Part shown: positions 10,154 to 20,531 of the stretch, in pieces
How the letters are laid out: every line of letters starts with the position of its first letter
How positions within the stretch are numbered: the stretch's first letter is position 1
Origin: a virus
Strand: one strand, 5' to 3'
IMG/VR virus record: IMGVR_UViG_3300045960_000114
Span: 64,001-128,000 of that record
Length of the DNA: 64,000 nt
Position numbers and translations under genes: made by a program
The notes under the pieces: generated by a model
Told to the model about the DNA's origin: nothing
Database searches by the model: none
What the model saw: the letters and a program-made list of their open reading frames with translations, nothing else

Positions 10154-11869
10154 ATGGCTTCAGCATTCGAGTGGTTGGAAAGCACCACGCGTATCTCCTA
10201 CCCGTTCGAGGACAACCTCGATGGCGGGTTGAAGTCAATTCTCGTCGACGCATATGTGGCTTGCTCGCGTACGCTGGATGATTGCCGAGTGCGGTTGTCG
10301 CTATTCGATTCCATTGCCCGTCGCGTCGTCCTGACGTATGCCAATGAGACAACCCTGTTTGATCTGCAGGCGCCACTGAATTGCACGTACTCAGAGTACG
10401 ATTTTGGCACAATCTACCGTGTTCATGAATGGTGGAGTCTGGCCGATACGGACGATGATGTGGTAATCAGATTCACATCAATCAAAGACGCGCTGACAGG
10501 GCTGGAGCCGATCAAACCCGACAACGCCTGGTTGCTGCGGTCCTTGATCGACAAGCGCGCGTCTGCAGTTCGTCGGCTGGGGATGAAACTGCCGAACCTG
10601 CCGTGTTGTACTGGCGGCGGTATCGAGGAGGGCTACTTCACCATCAGGGCTGGCTACAACCTGAGTATGGCTGTCTCCAGTACCACGTCAGGTGTCCGCG
10701 ATAGGACTGTCATTGCGATAGATGCCGTACCTGGTGCTGGGGCTGGTCAATATCCTGGCTGCGGGCTCGCTGAGCCGGGATTGAGAAGCATTGGTAACCA
10801 GGAACCTGACGAATTCGGTAATGTCAGTCTGGCTGGAGACAAGTGCCTGTGGATCGAGCGCCCGTTGAATGCGCCCGGGTATACACCCCCACCGGGCAGC
10901 AAGGTCGATTACGAGGCAACCGTCGAAGAGAACACCATCAAGTTGCATGACGACTGTAAAGCGTGTTGTGACTGCAGTGATTACGGCGCCGCCTACCAGG
11001 CATTGCGTAATACGTGGTTGCAGTTGAAGAACGCCTACAAGTCGATTGACATCACCAGGAAGAAATACAACAGTCTGGTCGCCAAGACTAACCTGGATTT
11101 CTGTAACAATGATTTCATCGCCATGATCCGTTGCATGGAACGGCCTGACTATATGGCGTCTGTTGTCGTCGTGATTGCCAACAAGTCAAAAAATCCGCTG
11201 ACTGGTGTGAGGATATCCATGAGTGCCAGTCCGGATTACGGATCTTATCTTCCCAACTCTGGACTGGTTGAGGTTTCTCAGCCTGGCAACGAACCCGTGA
11301 AATTCAAACAGGACATGAGCCCGATAAAGGAAATGACGTACCCCATACAGTCGGATAATACTGTTGATCCGCTTCCAGATATACCTGCGGCAGGGATAAC
11401 AGGTATGAGCATATCCCTCCCCACCATTCCTGCTGGGGGGACGCTGCGCTTCTACTTCGATATGCGATTCATGGTCGGTGAAGAGATAGTTGTTCAGTCC
11501 TTCAATGGAACCATGATACACGCTCCAACCCAGCCTGATGGTTCGTACAATTTGGTTACTGGAGACGCTACCTTTGAAAAGGTACAGCCTGGTGACAGGC
11601 TTCTCGTGGCCGGTGTACTGTCATTTCCCATCGGAGAAATCGACGGATACGTCTGGGATCCTGGCCTGTCAGCGTTTGTGCCAGACTACAGTATAATAAT
11701 GACTGACACGTGGCCTCTTATACCTATCTTAGCTCCAGTACCTATGCAGGTACTGCGCGACAACCGCATCGGCCTGTCATCCACGCTGACAGCCTCAATA
11801 TCCACGTCACTGGGTAATAAAGCCGTGTCAGACTCGGTCAACTTCGAAGCGCCGAAAGGCAAGGTGTAG
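10154..11869 (+). CDS. Cys-rich tail-associated protein, paralog 2
   Basis: EWLESTTRISYPF; LRSIGNQEPDEFGNV; DCKACCDC; coiled coil, then a beta-rich, AT-richer C-terminus. Confidence 0.6.
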   Translation: MASAFEWLESTTRISYPFEDNLDGGLKSILVDAYVACSRTLDDCRVRLSLFDSIARRVVLTYANETTLFDLQAPLNCTYSEYDFGTIYRVHEWWSLADTDDDVVIRFTSIKDALTGLEPIKPDNAWLLRSLIDKRASAVRRLGMKLPNLPCCTGGGIEEGYFTIRAGYNLSMAVSSTTSGVRDRTVIAIDAVPGAGAGQYPGCGLAEPGLRSIGNQEPDEFGNVSLAGDKCLWIERPLNAPGYTPPPGSKVDYEATVEENTIKLHDDCKACCDCSDYGAAYQALRNTWLQLKNAYKSIDITRKKYNSLVAKTNLDFCNNDFIAMIRCMERPDYMASVVVVIANKSKNPLTGVRISMSASPDYGSYLPNSGLVEVSQPGNEPVKFKQDMSPIKEMTYPIQSDNTVDPLPDIPAAGITGMSISLPTIPAGGTLRFYFDMRFMVGEEIVVQSFNGTMIHAPTQPDGSYNLVTGDATFEKVQPGDRLLVAGVLSFPIGEIDGYVWDPGLSAFVPDYSIIMTDTWPLIPILAPVPMQVLRDNRIGLSSTLTASISTSLGNKAVSDSVNFEAPKGKV

Positions 11870-11870
11870 C

Positions 11871-13532
11871 ATGGCGCTTATCACGCGTGACTTCCTGAAT
11901 GCCAACGAGGACCGGGCTTATCCGATTCACGAAGCAGCCACACGTTGTGGCATAAATGGCAACGTGATTCCAAACGATCTGATCGTCGATGCCAACATCT
12001 GGATACCGAAGTCGATTGGTACCAACGTGTACATCTCATCGATCGGCAACAGCGCCAAAATCCTGTCAGTGACTCTGCTGGCCGTAGATTACAACCCGAT
12101 TTGCGGCGAACCTTCTTCGTCGTCATCGGCACAGCCTACATGCAACCCGACGCCTGTCATAAAGCCGGTTGGTGTGGTCAGTCTGGTAAAACCGATCACT
12201 CCGTACAAGAATTATCCGATCCAGCCGATGAAGGATGGCGTAGCTGGGTGGATATCCTTCGGCTCAGGAGTCACAAAGGCGGATACCTACTTTGTAGCCA
12301 TTGACGATCCGGCGAATGGGCTTCTTGTCAATCGCGCGGTCAGGGCATACTTGGTACCACCGGTGACATCACTCGGTAAGGCAAACAGTGATCGTGAGTT
12401 GAAAGGGATTGTCGGGCTTACGGGTGCTGTTGGCCGCGTGGTCGTGGCCAAGAGCACGCGCATGATCAACGGAGTTACGCGGGACGTCATCACGATCGGA
12501 TTAGATACTACGCGCGGCTATGTGCAGACCATGCAGGACTTTGCCGGTGATTGTGGCAAACGGCCAAGCGCCAAAACCTGTGACAAGACGCCTATCTTGT
12601 CGATCGAAGACGTGGCACCTGACGTCAACGGAAACATTGACCTGCTGTTTGAAGGCGACGTTATTGTGGGTGGTGTGCAAGACGGGTTGGTACTGGACTT
12701 CCCGTATGGAACTGCTGACGTCTGTCCGCCGAAAGATTGGGTCATCTACCAGATGATCCCGGGTGACTGTTTCCCGGAGATAACGTCGTCGTCTGCCCCC
12801 GAGCCGCCGCCAGAATCGAGCTCAGGTCAACCCATTCCATCGTCATCCGCGCCGTCCAGCATCGTACCGCCTGGCCCGCCGAGCTACGTGCTGGACTTTG
12901 AGCATAATACGCTATTCCCATTGGAGGTGAGGGCTGGCGAGATAGAGATCCAGGATCTGGGGACAGACACGAACCGGGCTGTCGCTACGTCTTTGGCGGG
13001 TGGAAATGAAGCTGTCGACCTTTTTTACGATCCGCCAGACGTCGCCGATACGTACACACTCGGTTCGCTGATAAAACCGCGCGATTCAGTTTCCAGGGAA
13101 GGACACGTCAGCTTCGGTTTCTACAATACATCGGACTTCTGGTTCTTTGCCGTGCAGCTGTCCCATGTAGTCTACCCGAACGGGTTGTTTTACATCGGGC
13201 GCCGGCTTCCAAGGGTTGGATATGGCGGCGGGTATGCCGGTCCTGGTCCAATCGGGTCGCAGTATTTCTTCCAGCTCGATTCGATTTACGCCTTCAGCCC
13301 GAGCTCCCCGCTCGTCGTGACGGATTACACCGTGTCGCTGTTTGTGCATAAGTCAGGCAGTAACACGCTGATTGACTGGTCTGTGAGCTGGTTGTCCAAC
13401 GTCGTTGCGCAGACTTACGTTGTCGCACGTAACAGTTCACAGTGGGATCCGACAAAGTACGATAGGGCGCGGATTGGACTTGGTTCCGTCACCACGGTCT
13501 GCGAGTTCGATTACTTCAGGATCAACGCCTAA
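11871..13532 (+). CDS. Cys-rich tail-associated protein, paralog 3, with Ser/Pro linker and beta-rich C-terminal domain
   Basis: DFLNANEDRAYPI; ILSIEDVAPDVNGNI; Ser/Pro-rich linker around 12783-12875. Confidence 0.6.
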   Translation: MALITRDFLNANEDRAYPIHEAATRCGINGNVIPNDLIVDANIWIPKSIGTNVYISSIGNSAKILSVTLLAVDYNPICGEPSSSSSAQPTCNPTPVIKPVGVVSLVKPITPYKNYPIQPMKDGVAGWISFGSGVTKADTYFVAIDDPANGLLVNRAVRAYLVPPVTSLGKANSDRELKGIVGLTGAVGRVVVAKSTRMINGVTRDVITIGLDTTRGYVQTMQDFAGDCGKRPSAKTCDKTPILSIEDVAPDVNGNIDLLFEGDVIVGGVQDGLVLDFPYGTADVCPPKDWVIYQMIPGDCFPEITSSSAPEPPPESSSGQPIPSSSAPSSIVPPGPPSYVLDFEHNTLFPLEVRAGEIEIQDLGTDTNRAVATSLAGGNEAVDLFYDPPDVADTYTLGSLIKPRDSVSREGHVSFGFYNTSDFWFFAVQLSHVVYPNGLFYIGRRLPRVGYGGGYAGPGPIGSQYFFQLDSIYAFSPSSPLVVTDYTVSLFVHKSGSNTLIDWSVSWLSNVVAQTYVVARNSSQWDPTKYDRARIGLGSVTTVCEFDYFRINA

Positions 13533-14293
13533 TGGAACAACTCTTCCCGCCATGGCGCAACTACACGCGCCCATTGAAGTACCCCTTCGCCGACAAGTGC
13601 AACCTGACGGCAACCAATGGCGTCGTGTTGTCGGCTGATCTGTTTGATGACGCGCGCATCTACCCTGTGGGCGGTGAAGTTGGGATGTACATTGGGCGTG
13701 TCACCCTGGATGGAACCACGGTAACAATCGAAGTGTACGGTCCGACAAAGGGTAGCCTGGCGACTGCTACATACGACTCGCTGAGTGGCCCAGAGGTACT
13801 GAAGTTTGTTGATGCCAGCGGTAACCCTGCTGGCCTGATGGTATCAGACACGGACAGGTTGCAGACACTGGCAGCCAGTATGCCAGTTGGTGAGACATTG
13901 TTTCTGCAAGACGCTACAGAATTCGTCGCATCGGTGGTGGTGCCGATCCCAGATTACGGTGTCACAGCAGTAGAGGTGAGCACAGAAAGATTGAGTGGGG
14001 ACGTGTACCTGGTTGGTACTGACGGCATCGTACTGAGCGTAGAGGACGGATACATCCGCGTGGATGCTGTCGGCAACCCTTACGCATTGCTGAAGTTGTG
14101 TGAGCAGCAAGCCATACCGATTGCCCCGATTTGCGGGCTGAAGACGCTCAACAAAATACCGCCTGATGGTGCTGGCGACTTCAAGATTACCATCGGTGCT
14201 AACGTGGCAACCGATAACATCCTGCGAATCCTGCAGGAGTCTGGTATCTTTAACGTACAGACTTCCGTGTCGGGGCAAGGATGTCATGGCTGA
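13532..14293 (+). CDS. Tail-associated protein, paralog 4
   Basis: WRNYTRPLKYPF; LKTLNKIPPDGAGDF; start overlaps the upstream stop. Confidence 0.55.
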   Translation: MEQLFPPWRNYTRPLKYPFADKCNLTATNGVVLSADLFDDARIYPVGGEVGMYIGRVTLDGTTVTIEVYGPTKGSLATATYDSLSGPEVLKFVDASGNPAGLMVSDTDRLQTLAASMPVGETLFLQDATEFVASVVVPIPDYGVTAVEVSTERLSGDVYLVGTDGIVLSVEDGYIRVDAVGNPYALLKLCEQQAIPIAPICGLKTLNKIPPDGAGDFKITIGANVATDNILRILQESGIFNVQTSVSGQGCHG

Positions 14294-15188
14294 ACGAGAA
14301 TTTTACAACGGGAATGAGCGTATCGCGTACCCGCTGGTGGCGCGCGACCTGCCTATCACTGACCCGTTCGATGCGCTGGTGGACGCCGGCTTCATGGTTG
14401 GCCCATCGGTGGATTACGACCCTACCACGAACAATGTCTACCTGTTCCAGATAACCGTGTCCGGCTTGTCGCTCGTATTCGACTTCAGGTCTGACGCGCC
14501 AGACTTTGTTGGTTACCGTTGGCTGTTCACAGTGCCCGCTGGTACAGCATATGGATGCACGATCAGCGCGAATGCCGAGCTGTCGCTGGTTGAGGACGAA
14601 AACATGGGCTACGGGTTTATCACCATTGGTCGTATGGATAGGTTGATCGCCCTTGGCGACGGTACATATACGATGACACCCGTGTGGCATGTGGAACCGT
14701 CGCTGGTCCAGTGTCTGCGCGGATCAAGGGTGGAGCGGGTCATCCTGGCTAACGATGCGCGGCCTTGCCCAGTTCAGTGCAACCCGACAAGTCCATCGTC
14801 CAGCTCATCATCCTCCAGTTCAGCTTCGGCGGCACAGGAGACTTACCTGGTAGCAGGCGGCGCACTGACGGGCGATGTGAAGTTCAAGGGTGGGTTCAAC
14901 TGCGACATCTCATTGCTGGTCAGCTCAAATGCCGTGGAGATTGGCGCCAACCGCGATTCAGGCGAAGGCAGGACCTGCTACGACTGGATCATCGACCAGA
15001 ATGGCATGCACAAAGACCCGGACAGCGGTGTACCCTACTGCGAGGCATGCTCCGCGTTCATCTCAACGATCAACGGAAGAAACTTCAACGCCACTGGTGG
15101 AAAGGTTAGGCTGGCTGTTCCTGCAGGTGCGCTTGTGACGCCTGACAAGGAAAACCACCAGATCACCATAAGGTTGAAACCTTACTGA
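14286..15188 (+). CDS. Cys-rich tail-associated protein, paralog 5, with 9-Ser tract
   Basis: Start reassigned from 14166 to ATG 14286 (MAEREFYNGNERIAYPL matches the paralog N-motif); poly-Ser 14796-14822; ISTINGR. Confidence 0.6.
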   Translation: MAEREFYNGNERIAYPLVARDLPITDPFDALVDAGFMVGPSVDYDPTTNNVYLFQITVSGLSLVFDFRSDAPDFVGYRWLFTVPAGTAYGCTISANAELSLVEDENMGYGFITIGRMDRLIALGDGTYTMTPVWHVEPSLVQCLRGSRVERVILANDARPCPVQCNPTSPSSSSSSSSSASAAQETYLVAGGALTGDVKFKGGFNCDISLLVSSNAVEIGANRDSGEGRTCYDWIIDQNGMHKDPDSGVPYCEACSAFISTINGRNFNATGGKVRLAVPAGALVTPDKENHQITIRLKPY

Positions 15189-16105
15189 TGAGCAACGCCT
15201 TCCCCCCACACGACGATTGCCCGGTCCCACAGATCGAGGCCATCAGTGACCTGGATTACAGCTGCCTGGTCTATGATCCGCCATTCCCGTGCCTTGGCAT
15301 GCCACTGCCGCCGCCACCATTCAGTTTCGACTTCGGATGCTACCCGCTGACTGTTCATGTGGATTGGGACCCGGACCCAGCAGACAGGCCGGAATTCAGT
15401 GCTAAGGTCGTGTATCTGAACAAGGACCAGACGGGATACTGCCGCCCGCAGATCCGCTTCAGGGTACGCATGGGTGCTGCCGGCTGTGGTAACATTTCGG
15501 TGGTGGTCCTGGCGGATCACGACATCGAGTTGTCGGGCTGCCAGAACATCGACGGCGTCGACGTGTGCACGGACGACAGGGTGCTCACGATCGCACAAAC
15601 TGACCCGCTCGAGAACGACGTGTGGATCGTCCAGAGTGGTGCCTGGATACGTTATGAGACCGCGCTGGCATGTAACTCTGTCGTCGTGCGGTTTGGAAAT
15701 AAGCACGCAAAAGAGACGTGGGAGATTGGGAACACGACTGAGCCCGAGCACGGTACAGACATAATCCAGTGGATACCTACCGATATAGCCAGCATGACCT
15801 GCAGATTGCGGCTGACAGATCCGGCAATCGCACTGGAAAACACGCAGACTGTTGACGGTGTTGTTACAGAGGATGGTGACCTTGTCGTCGTGGACACTAC
15901 AACATCCGGTTTACCGAGTTCCGCTGACGGTATCTGGCTCGTAGTGACAGCCGGAGCTTGGGTACAGCTGTTTGCGGTTGATCCTGCGACTGCGCCAGTG
16001 GGCGTTCCGGTGTTACCGGCTGGCGCGATTGTCACGGTGTGGGATGGTTGGTCGGCGCCGTGGCTGTACGTGGTTGCAAGACTAACCCTGGATGACGGGC
16101 CATAA
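15188..16105 (+). CDS. Tail-fibre-related protein with two IDGV...DRVL...W.V..GAW repeats
   Basis: LSGCQNIDGVDVCTDDRVLTIAQTDPLENDVWIVQSGAWIR and a second degenerate copy; this motif is common in myophage fibre proteins. Confidence 0.6.
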   Translation: MSNAFPPHDDCPVPQIEAISDLDYSCLVYDPPFPCLGMPLPPPPFSFDFGCYPLTVHVDWDPDPADRPEFSAKVVYLNKDQTGYCRPQIRFRVRMGAAGCGNISVVVLADHDIELSGCQNIDGVDVCTDDRVLTIAQTDPLENDVWIVQSGAWIRYETALACNSVVVRFGNKHAKETWEIGNTTEPEHGTDIIQWIPTDIASMTCRLRLTDPAIALENTQTVDGVVTEDGDLVVVDTTTSGLPSSADGIWLVVTAGAWVQLFAVDPATAPVGVPVLPAGAIVTVWDGWSAPWLYVVARLTLDDGP

Positions 16106-16107
16106 CC

Positions 16108-17172
16108 ATGCCGATACCCGACTACGGTAAATACCAGCGGTTTGGCACACATATGAAGCGCAGCATCAAACTGCCGCACGCCAACAGGCGGTTTGATTCA
16201 CCAATCGGTGAAGGAAAGACGATCGCGCAGACTGGCTACGACATGACGCGCGAGAATACCACTGGAGACCCCCTGGACACTATACGTGACTTGAAAGCGC
16301 TGATCACGCCACCCGAGCCGATACTCGTCCAATCCATTGTGGGAGTAACCTCGGACAAGTTTGACGTGCAGAAGAACACCACAGACAGTAAGACATTGAC
16401 CAATACGGATACCAAAGCCTACACGAAGATGATCGATGGAAGCGGCGCGGTCATCCAGAATTTAGCCGAGATCGAGTGTAAGAGTGCGTCCCGGTCAATG
16501 ACATGGAATGGCACACCAGCAGTCACTGCACTTTCATCGGCACTGGCTGGCTCTTCAAAGATGATCCCAGTAGCCGATCCGAAGAAGCCGTTTCGGTTGT
16601 ACACAGTTGATAATAAGCCAGCACCCGTAGTGGGCGGGCGCGGGCTTATATCCTGGTCAGCGCACTCGCATAGCCAAGTGGATAGCGGGACTAGCGATGG
16701 CAGCGCCAGCTACAACCACTCAGGTACCATTCCAGCCACCATCCTCGTTCCTGGCGTAGTTCCGGATAACACGAATAAGAAATACGTACTCTACCTTTCG
16801 ATGGCTGTGGCTGCGGGTGTCAGCACCGGTTCCTTGGAATATATTGAATATAGCCCGTCGATATCGTCGAGTCTGTCAGGTTCCGCTTCCGCACTTGCTG
16901 GATTGGCGTCTTATTCTTCCACGTCACAGGTGGATTACACATACTGGGGTCACTGGTGGTGTTACGCTGGGCACTATAACTGGAATATCGATCTTTCGAC
17001 CAACTACAGCCAAACAACGCCTTTCTACAGTATTATCTCGTGGGATGGCTCGTATCCCGCGCTCTCTTATACTGCCAGCGGTAATTGGTCGCTTACCGGT
17101 GCGATCCCTGGTACACCCTGGTCAGTGAATTGGTCCTCTTACTTTACGGGCAGTCTCATTGAAATTGGCTAG
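16108..17172 (+). CDS. Putative tail-tip/receptor-binding protein
   Basis: Ser/Thr/Tyr/Trp-rich beta-type C-terminal half, visibly AT-richer DNA, distal position in the tail operon. Confidence 0.4.
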   Translation: MPIPDYGKYQRFGTHMKRSIKLPHANRRFDSPIGEGKTIAQTGYDMTRENTTGDPLDTIRDLKALITPPEPILVQSIVGVTSDKFDVQKNTTDSKTLTNTDTKAYTKMIDGSGAVIQNLAEIECKSASRSMTWNGTPAVTALSSALAGSSKMIPVADPKKPFRLYTVDNKPAPVVGGRGLISWSAHSHSQVDSGTSDGSASYNHSGTIPATILVPGVVPDNTNKKYVLYLSMAVAAGVSTGSLEYIEYSPSISSSLSGSASALAGLASYSSTSQVDYTYWGHWWCYAGHYNWNIDLSTNYSQTTPFYSIISWDGSYPALSYTASGNWSLTGAIPGTPWSVNWSSYFTGSLIEIG

Positions 17173-17187
17173 TAGGAGGCAACAGTA

Positions 17188-17595
17188 ATGGGCATATCTG
17201 TTGATACCTTCGTTTTGACAGAGACAGCCACGGCGTCTGGTGGCACTAGCGAGACCAAGACAGCCACTAAAGTGCTGACAAAGGACTATGACTTCATCTA
17301 CATCAAGTTCGAAAAGACATGTTCACACACAAGAGACGATGGTTCAGCTGTAGTGAGTCAAGTTGGCAAAACGATCACATTGACCGTTTCTGCTTCCTCT
17401 GGCGTGCAGTACGTTGGTAGCCACCTCGCGCCTATACCGCCGGAAGACTGCGATCCGCCCGACGACGGTGGCACGTCTTATGTGCTTACCTACTATGATT
17501 GTACAATGACTGGCACCGCTACCATATACTGTCTGTACAGAGACGACAACGATTGCGTGTTGAGTAGCCCGCTGGTGTATACGAGGGACCGATGA
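17188..17595 (+). CDS. Hypothetical Thr/Cys-rich tail accessory protein
   Basis: SD AGGAGG at about 17174. Confidence 0.55.
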   Translation: MGISVDTFVLTETATASGGTSETKTATKVLTKDYDFIYIKFEKTCSHTRDDGSAVVSQVGKTITLTVSASSGVQYVGSHLAPIPPEDCDPPDDGGTSYVLTYYDCTMTGTATIYCLYRDDNDCVLSSPLVYTRDR

Positions 17596-18197
17596 GCCAA
17601 TCACGGCTGAGCGGCGAGAGCACCATCATCCTGACGATCCTCGATCGGGATACTGTATTTTCGTCTACGTGGAGTTCTGCGGGTACTGCTTTAGAGTATT
17701 ACATCGACCCAGCCATTCCACTGTTTCCGATGCGCAAGCCGACCGGCTGGCAAATCGGCCTACGGGTAAACACTTTACACTCACTCAATCAGAACTTTCA
17801 CTTTCACGTAAATGAGCTGGACGGGTCAGCGAGCCTGGCGAGATCGGCTGTGGGAAGCGGTACGTTGGATTTCGGCATCTTCCAGATGACAAAGGACGTA
17901 AGTACGGGGCTCGAACGACCGTTCGATTTTCTGTCGGTGATGTCGTTCAACTGCTCGGCCACGCTTGGTGCCATGTCATCCACACTGACTTTCAATCATC
18001 TAACGACAGGTAGTGGACCTTACGGCCCTATCTACACGAATGCTGACTATGACATCGTGGATGAGTCGTACTTTACAGCGGCAGCGGAAGGGTTGATGAC
18101 CAGTATACAGTTCGGATGGCGCCGTAGTGGGAGCACTGGTATAAACACAATGGCTGGATCAATCACGTTCAAGGGGCTCAGCTTACTAGTCTACTGA
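17592..18197 (+). CDS. Hypothetical beta-rich tail accessory protein
   Basis: ATGA overlap with the upstream gene. Confidence 0.5.
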   Translation: MSQSRLSGESTIILTILDRDTVFSSTWSSAGTALEYYIDPAIPLFPMRKPTGWQIGLRVNTLHSLNQNFHFHVNELDGSASLARSAVGSGTLDFGIFQMTKDVSTGLERPFDFLSVMSFNCSATLGAMSSTLTFNHLTTGSGPYGPIYTNADYDIVDESYFTAAAEGLMTSIQFGWRRSGSTGINTMAGSITFKGLSLLVY

Positions 18198-18210
18198 TGG
18201 GAGACCCAAC

Positions 18211-18546
18211 ATGAGCGAGCAGGATAAGGCTGATGCATCGACATTTGCGGCTAAGGTACATAACGGGCTTCGCGCCTTCATGAGTGTCACCAGGGTATTC
18301 GATAGGCTCAGCAGGGATGAACAGCTATCGGTACTGGTCAGTCTTATTGATCGCTACAAATTAATGGGAGATATACTGTCGACACCGACGTGCGAACATG
18401 AAGGTGAATGCGGCCATGACCACCCCCAGGAGTCATCTTCATCGCAACCAGAGGAACCGAAGGGAAGGTCAGGTAGTATGCGTTTTATAAAATTCGGCAT
18501 TGACTCCGATGAGCCACCTGGACCCGATGACCCTCCCTTGGTATAA
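18211..18546 (+). CDS. Hypothetical protein
   Basis: SD GGGAG; CEHEGECGHDH cluster and SSSS. Confidence 0.5.
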   Translation: MSEQDKADASTFAAKVHNGLRAFMSVTRVFDRLSRDEQLSVLVSLIDRYKLMGDILSTPTCEHEGECGHDHPQESSSSQPEEPKGRSGSMRFIKFGIDSDEPPGPDDPPLV

Positions 18547-18547
18547 T
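18539..18547 (+). promoter_or_regulatory. Extended -10 promoter element (TG-n-TATAAT)
   Basis: TGGTATAAT about 27 nt upstream of ATG 18574, ahead of the glycosyltransferase unit. Confidence 0.45.
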
Positions 18548-18573
18548 CGCCTCAAGCAAGGGGGACGATAATC

Positions 18574-18789
18574 ATGGAAGAACTGGTGGACACCATGGCA
18601 GAACTGGATGTCATCAAGCAGCTGGCTGAGATCATGGGCTCGCTCAACGACGACGGCAGGCGGCGCGCGTTGTGGTATCTGGCGGATATCTACGGTCTGT
18701 CTGGGCGTCCACAGGTGCAACCACCAACCCAGGCAAAACATTCTACGAGCAGCCCCATACCGATCGGACAGGTTAGGACCGCGCCGTAA
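18574..18789 (+). CDS. Small hypothetical protein
   Basis: SD GGGGGA; translationally coupled to the GT gene. Confidence 0.5.
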   Translation: MEELVDTMAELDVIKQLAEIMGSLNDDGRRRALWYLADIYGLSGRPQVQPPTQAKHSTSSPIPIGQVRTAP

Positions 18790-20519
18790 TGCCTGAACAG
18801 CTGATGCTGACCAATCGGCAGTGTCCTGGCGACTTTATCGTCATGACGGCTGCCATCCGTGATCTGGCCCTGTGCTACCCAGGCCGGTACAAAATACACG
18901 TCAATGTCGACCAGAAAGATGTGCTGGTAGCAAATCCTCACATCGCACCGATGGCTACGGTCATGCGCCCGAAGACTGTGGAAGCGGGTTACGACAAGGG
19001 CAGGTATTCGGTCAACAATTCCAACCAGAACCGTGCCCATTTCCTATGGGGGTTCATCAGCGAGCTGAACCTTAAGTTGAAGCTGGCAATCAGGCTGACC
19101 GAGTTCAGGCCGGCACTGTACCTGACCGACGACGAGCGCAATCGCAGGCCGATCGAAGAGCCGTACTGGGTCTTTGTCAGCGGCGGGAAGATGGACTACA
19201 CAGCCAAGTGGTGGGATCCAGCGCGTTGGCAGCAGGTGATCAACCAGATGGCTCCGCGCGTCAAGATGGTGCAGGTGGGTGGCACGGGCCGTGGTTCTCA
19301 CATCCACAAGCCGATGGACAACGTAATAGACCTGGTCGGCAAGACCAGCTTCCGCCAGCTCATCAACTTGATCTACCACTCCGAGGGGGTCATGTGCATC
19401 GTGACCTGCCTCATGCACATAGCCGCCGCCTTCAACAAGCCCTGTGTGGTGATCTCGGGCGGGCGTGAGCCTTGGTGGTGGGAGGCGTATAATACAGAGA
19501 ATCGGCTGGTCAACATGCGGTTGGGCGACCCAACGTGGAATCCCCCTGCGAACGACAACTTCATCCCACATCAATACCTGCACACGCTTGGCCAGCTCCC
19601 CTGCTGCCAGAACTTCGGCTGCTGGAAGAGCAAGATCCTGCCGCCGGAAGTGCCCCCGCCGCCTAAGCACACCAAGTGCGCCATCCCTACCAAGCTGGAC
19701 AGCGGGCTGTGGCTGCCGGAATGTCTGAATCGCATCACGGTCGATCAGGTCGTTCAGGCTGCCGAGTGGTACTACAACAAGGGCATCCTCAAGTGGGGGA
19801 AGCCGTCCTCGATCTTCGTGCCGCCGGTTGAGCTGCTACAGCCTGTCACGCTGCCTGAGCCGCCACAGCCCGTGGCACCCCCGGTTACCATACAGTTCAA
19901 GGAGCCGCCTAAGGAGCCCGTTTTCCTGGACGGAACCTGGACCGTGTGCGGGATCACCTCGCTGCAGTCGCCCACTCGCCGTAAGTTCGCGCTGGATCTG
20001 AAGGCTTGGTGTGTCAACCGTAAGGTGAACTACCTGGTCATCCAGATGGGTGCCGAAAAGGCCATGACCAACGAGATGGCGGCATTCGGCATCCCTTATC
20101 AGGAGTGCAGTGGCACCTGGGTGTCCGCCATGATGCAGGCGATGGTATTTGCCCAGTCGCAGCCGAGTGAGCGGGTCATCCTCATCGAGGATCCGCTACA
20201 TCTGAACGGGAAGCTCGACGATGTCGTGCCCAACGAGCCGTTCGTGGCTGGTACCATCTCATGGCGCCCGCTGACCCAGCCGCACTTGGACCGCCTGGCG
20301 CCCATCCTGGATCCGGAAAGGTTGGACAAGCACCCACTGGCGCCTGGCCGGTTCAAGGCGTATTATCTTAACCGAGGGTTTGTCATGGGCACCAAGGACA
20401 TACTCTGCAAGACATTACAGAATGTCCACCAGCGGGAGGAGTACGCGGACATCCTGATGTGTGAGTACCCGCGCCAGCATGGCGCCAAGGTGCTCGACAT
20501 AAGCGAGCAGTTCATTTGA
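18789..20519 (+). CDS. GT9-family glycosyltransferase (heptosyltransferase-like) with a Cys cluster and a second unknown domain
   Basis: PGDFIVMTAAIRDL; DLVGKTSFRQLINLIYHSEGVMCIVTCLMHIAAAFNKPCVVISGG (GT9 C-lobe); CC..GCW...C...ECLNRITVDQV. Confidence 0.8.
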   Translation: MPEQLMLTNRQCPGDFIVMTAAIRDLALCYPGRYKIHVNVDQKDVLVANPHIAPMATVMRPKTVEAGYDKGRYSVNNSNQNRAHFLWGFISELNLKLKLAIRLTEFRPALYLTDDERNRRPIEEPYWVFVSGGKMDYTAKWWDPARWQQVINQMAPRVKMVQVGGTGRGSHIHKPMDNVIDLVGKTSFRQLINLIYHSEGVMCIVTCLMHIAAAFNKPCVVISGGREPWWWEAYNTENRLVNMRLGDPTWNPPANDNFIPHQYLHTLGQLPCCQNFGCWKSKILPPEVPPPPKHTKCAIPTKLDSGLWLPECLNRITVDQVVQAAEWYYNKGILKWGKPSSIFVPPVELLQPVTLPEPPQPVAPPVTIQFKEPPKEPVFLDGTWTVCGITSLQSPTRRKFALDLKAWCVNRKVNYLVIQMGAEKAMTNEMAAFGIPYQECSGTWVSAMMQAMVFAQSQPSERVILIEDPLHLNGKLDDVVPNEPFVAGTISWRPLTQPHLDRLAPILDPERLDKHPLAPGRFKAYYLNRGFVMGTKDILCKTLQNVHQREEYADILMCEYPRQHGAKVLDISEQFI

Positions 20520-20531
20520 GGTGAAGCGACC

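Noticed and set aside
16108-18197. Diversity-generating retroelement target
   Set aside because: No reverse transcriptase and no template/variable repeat pair seen in the window.
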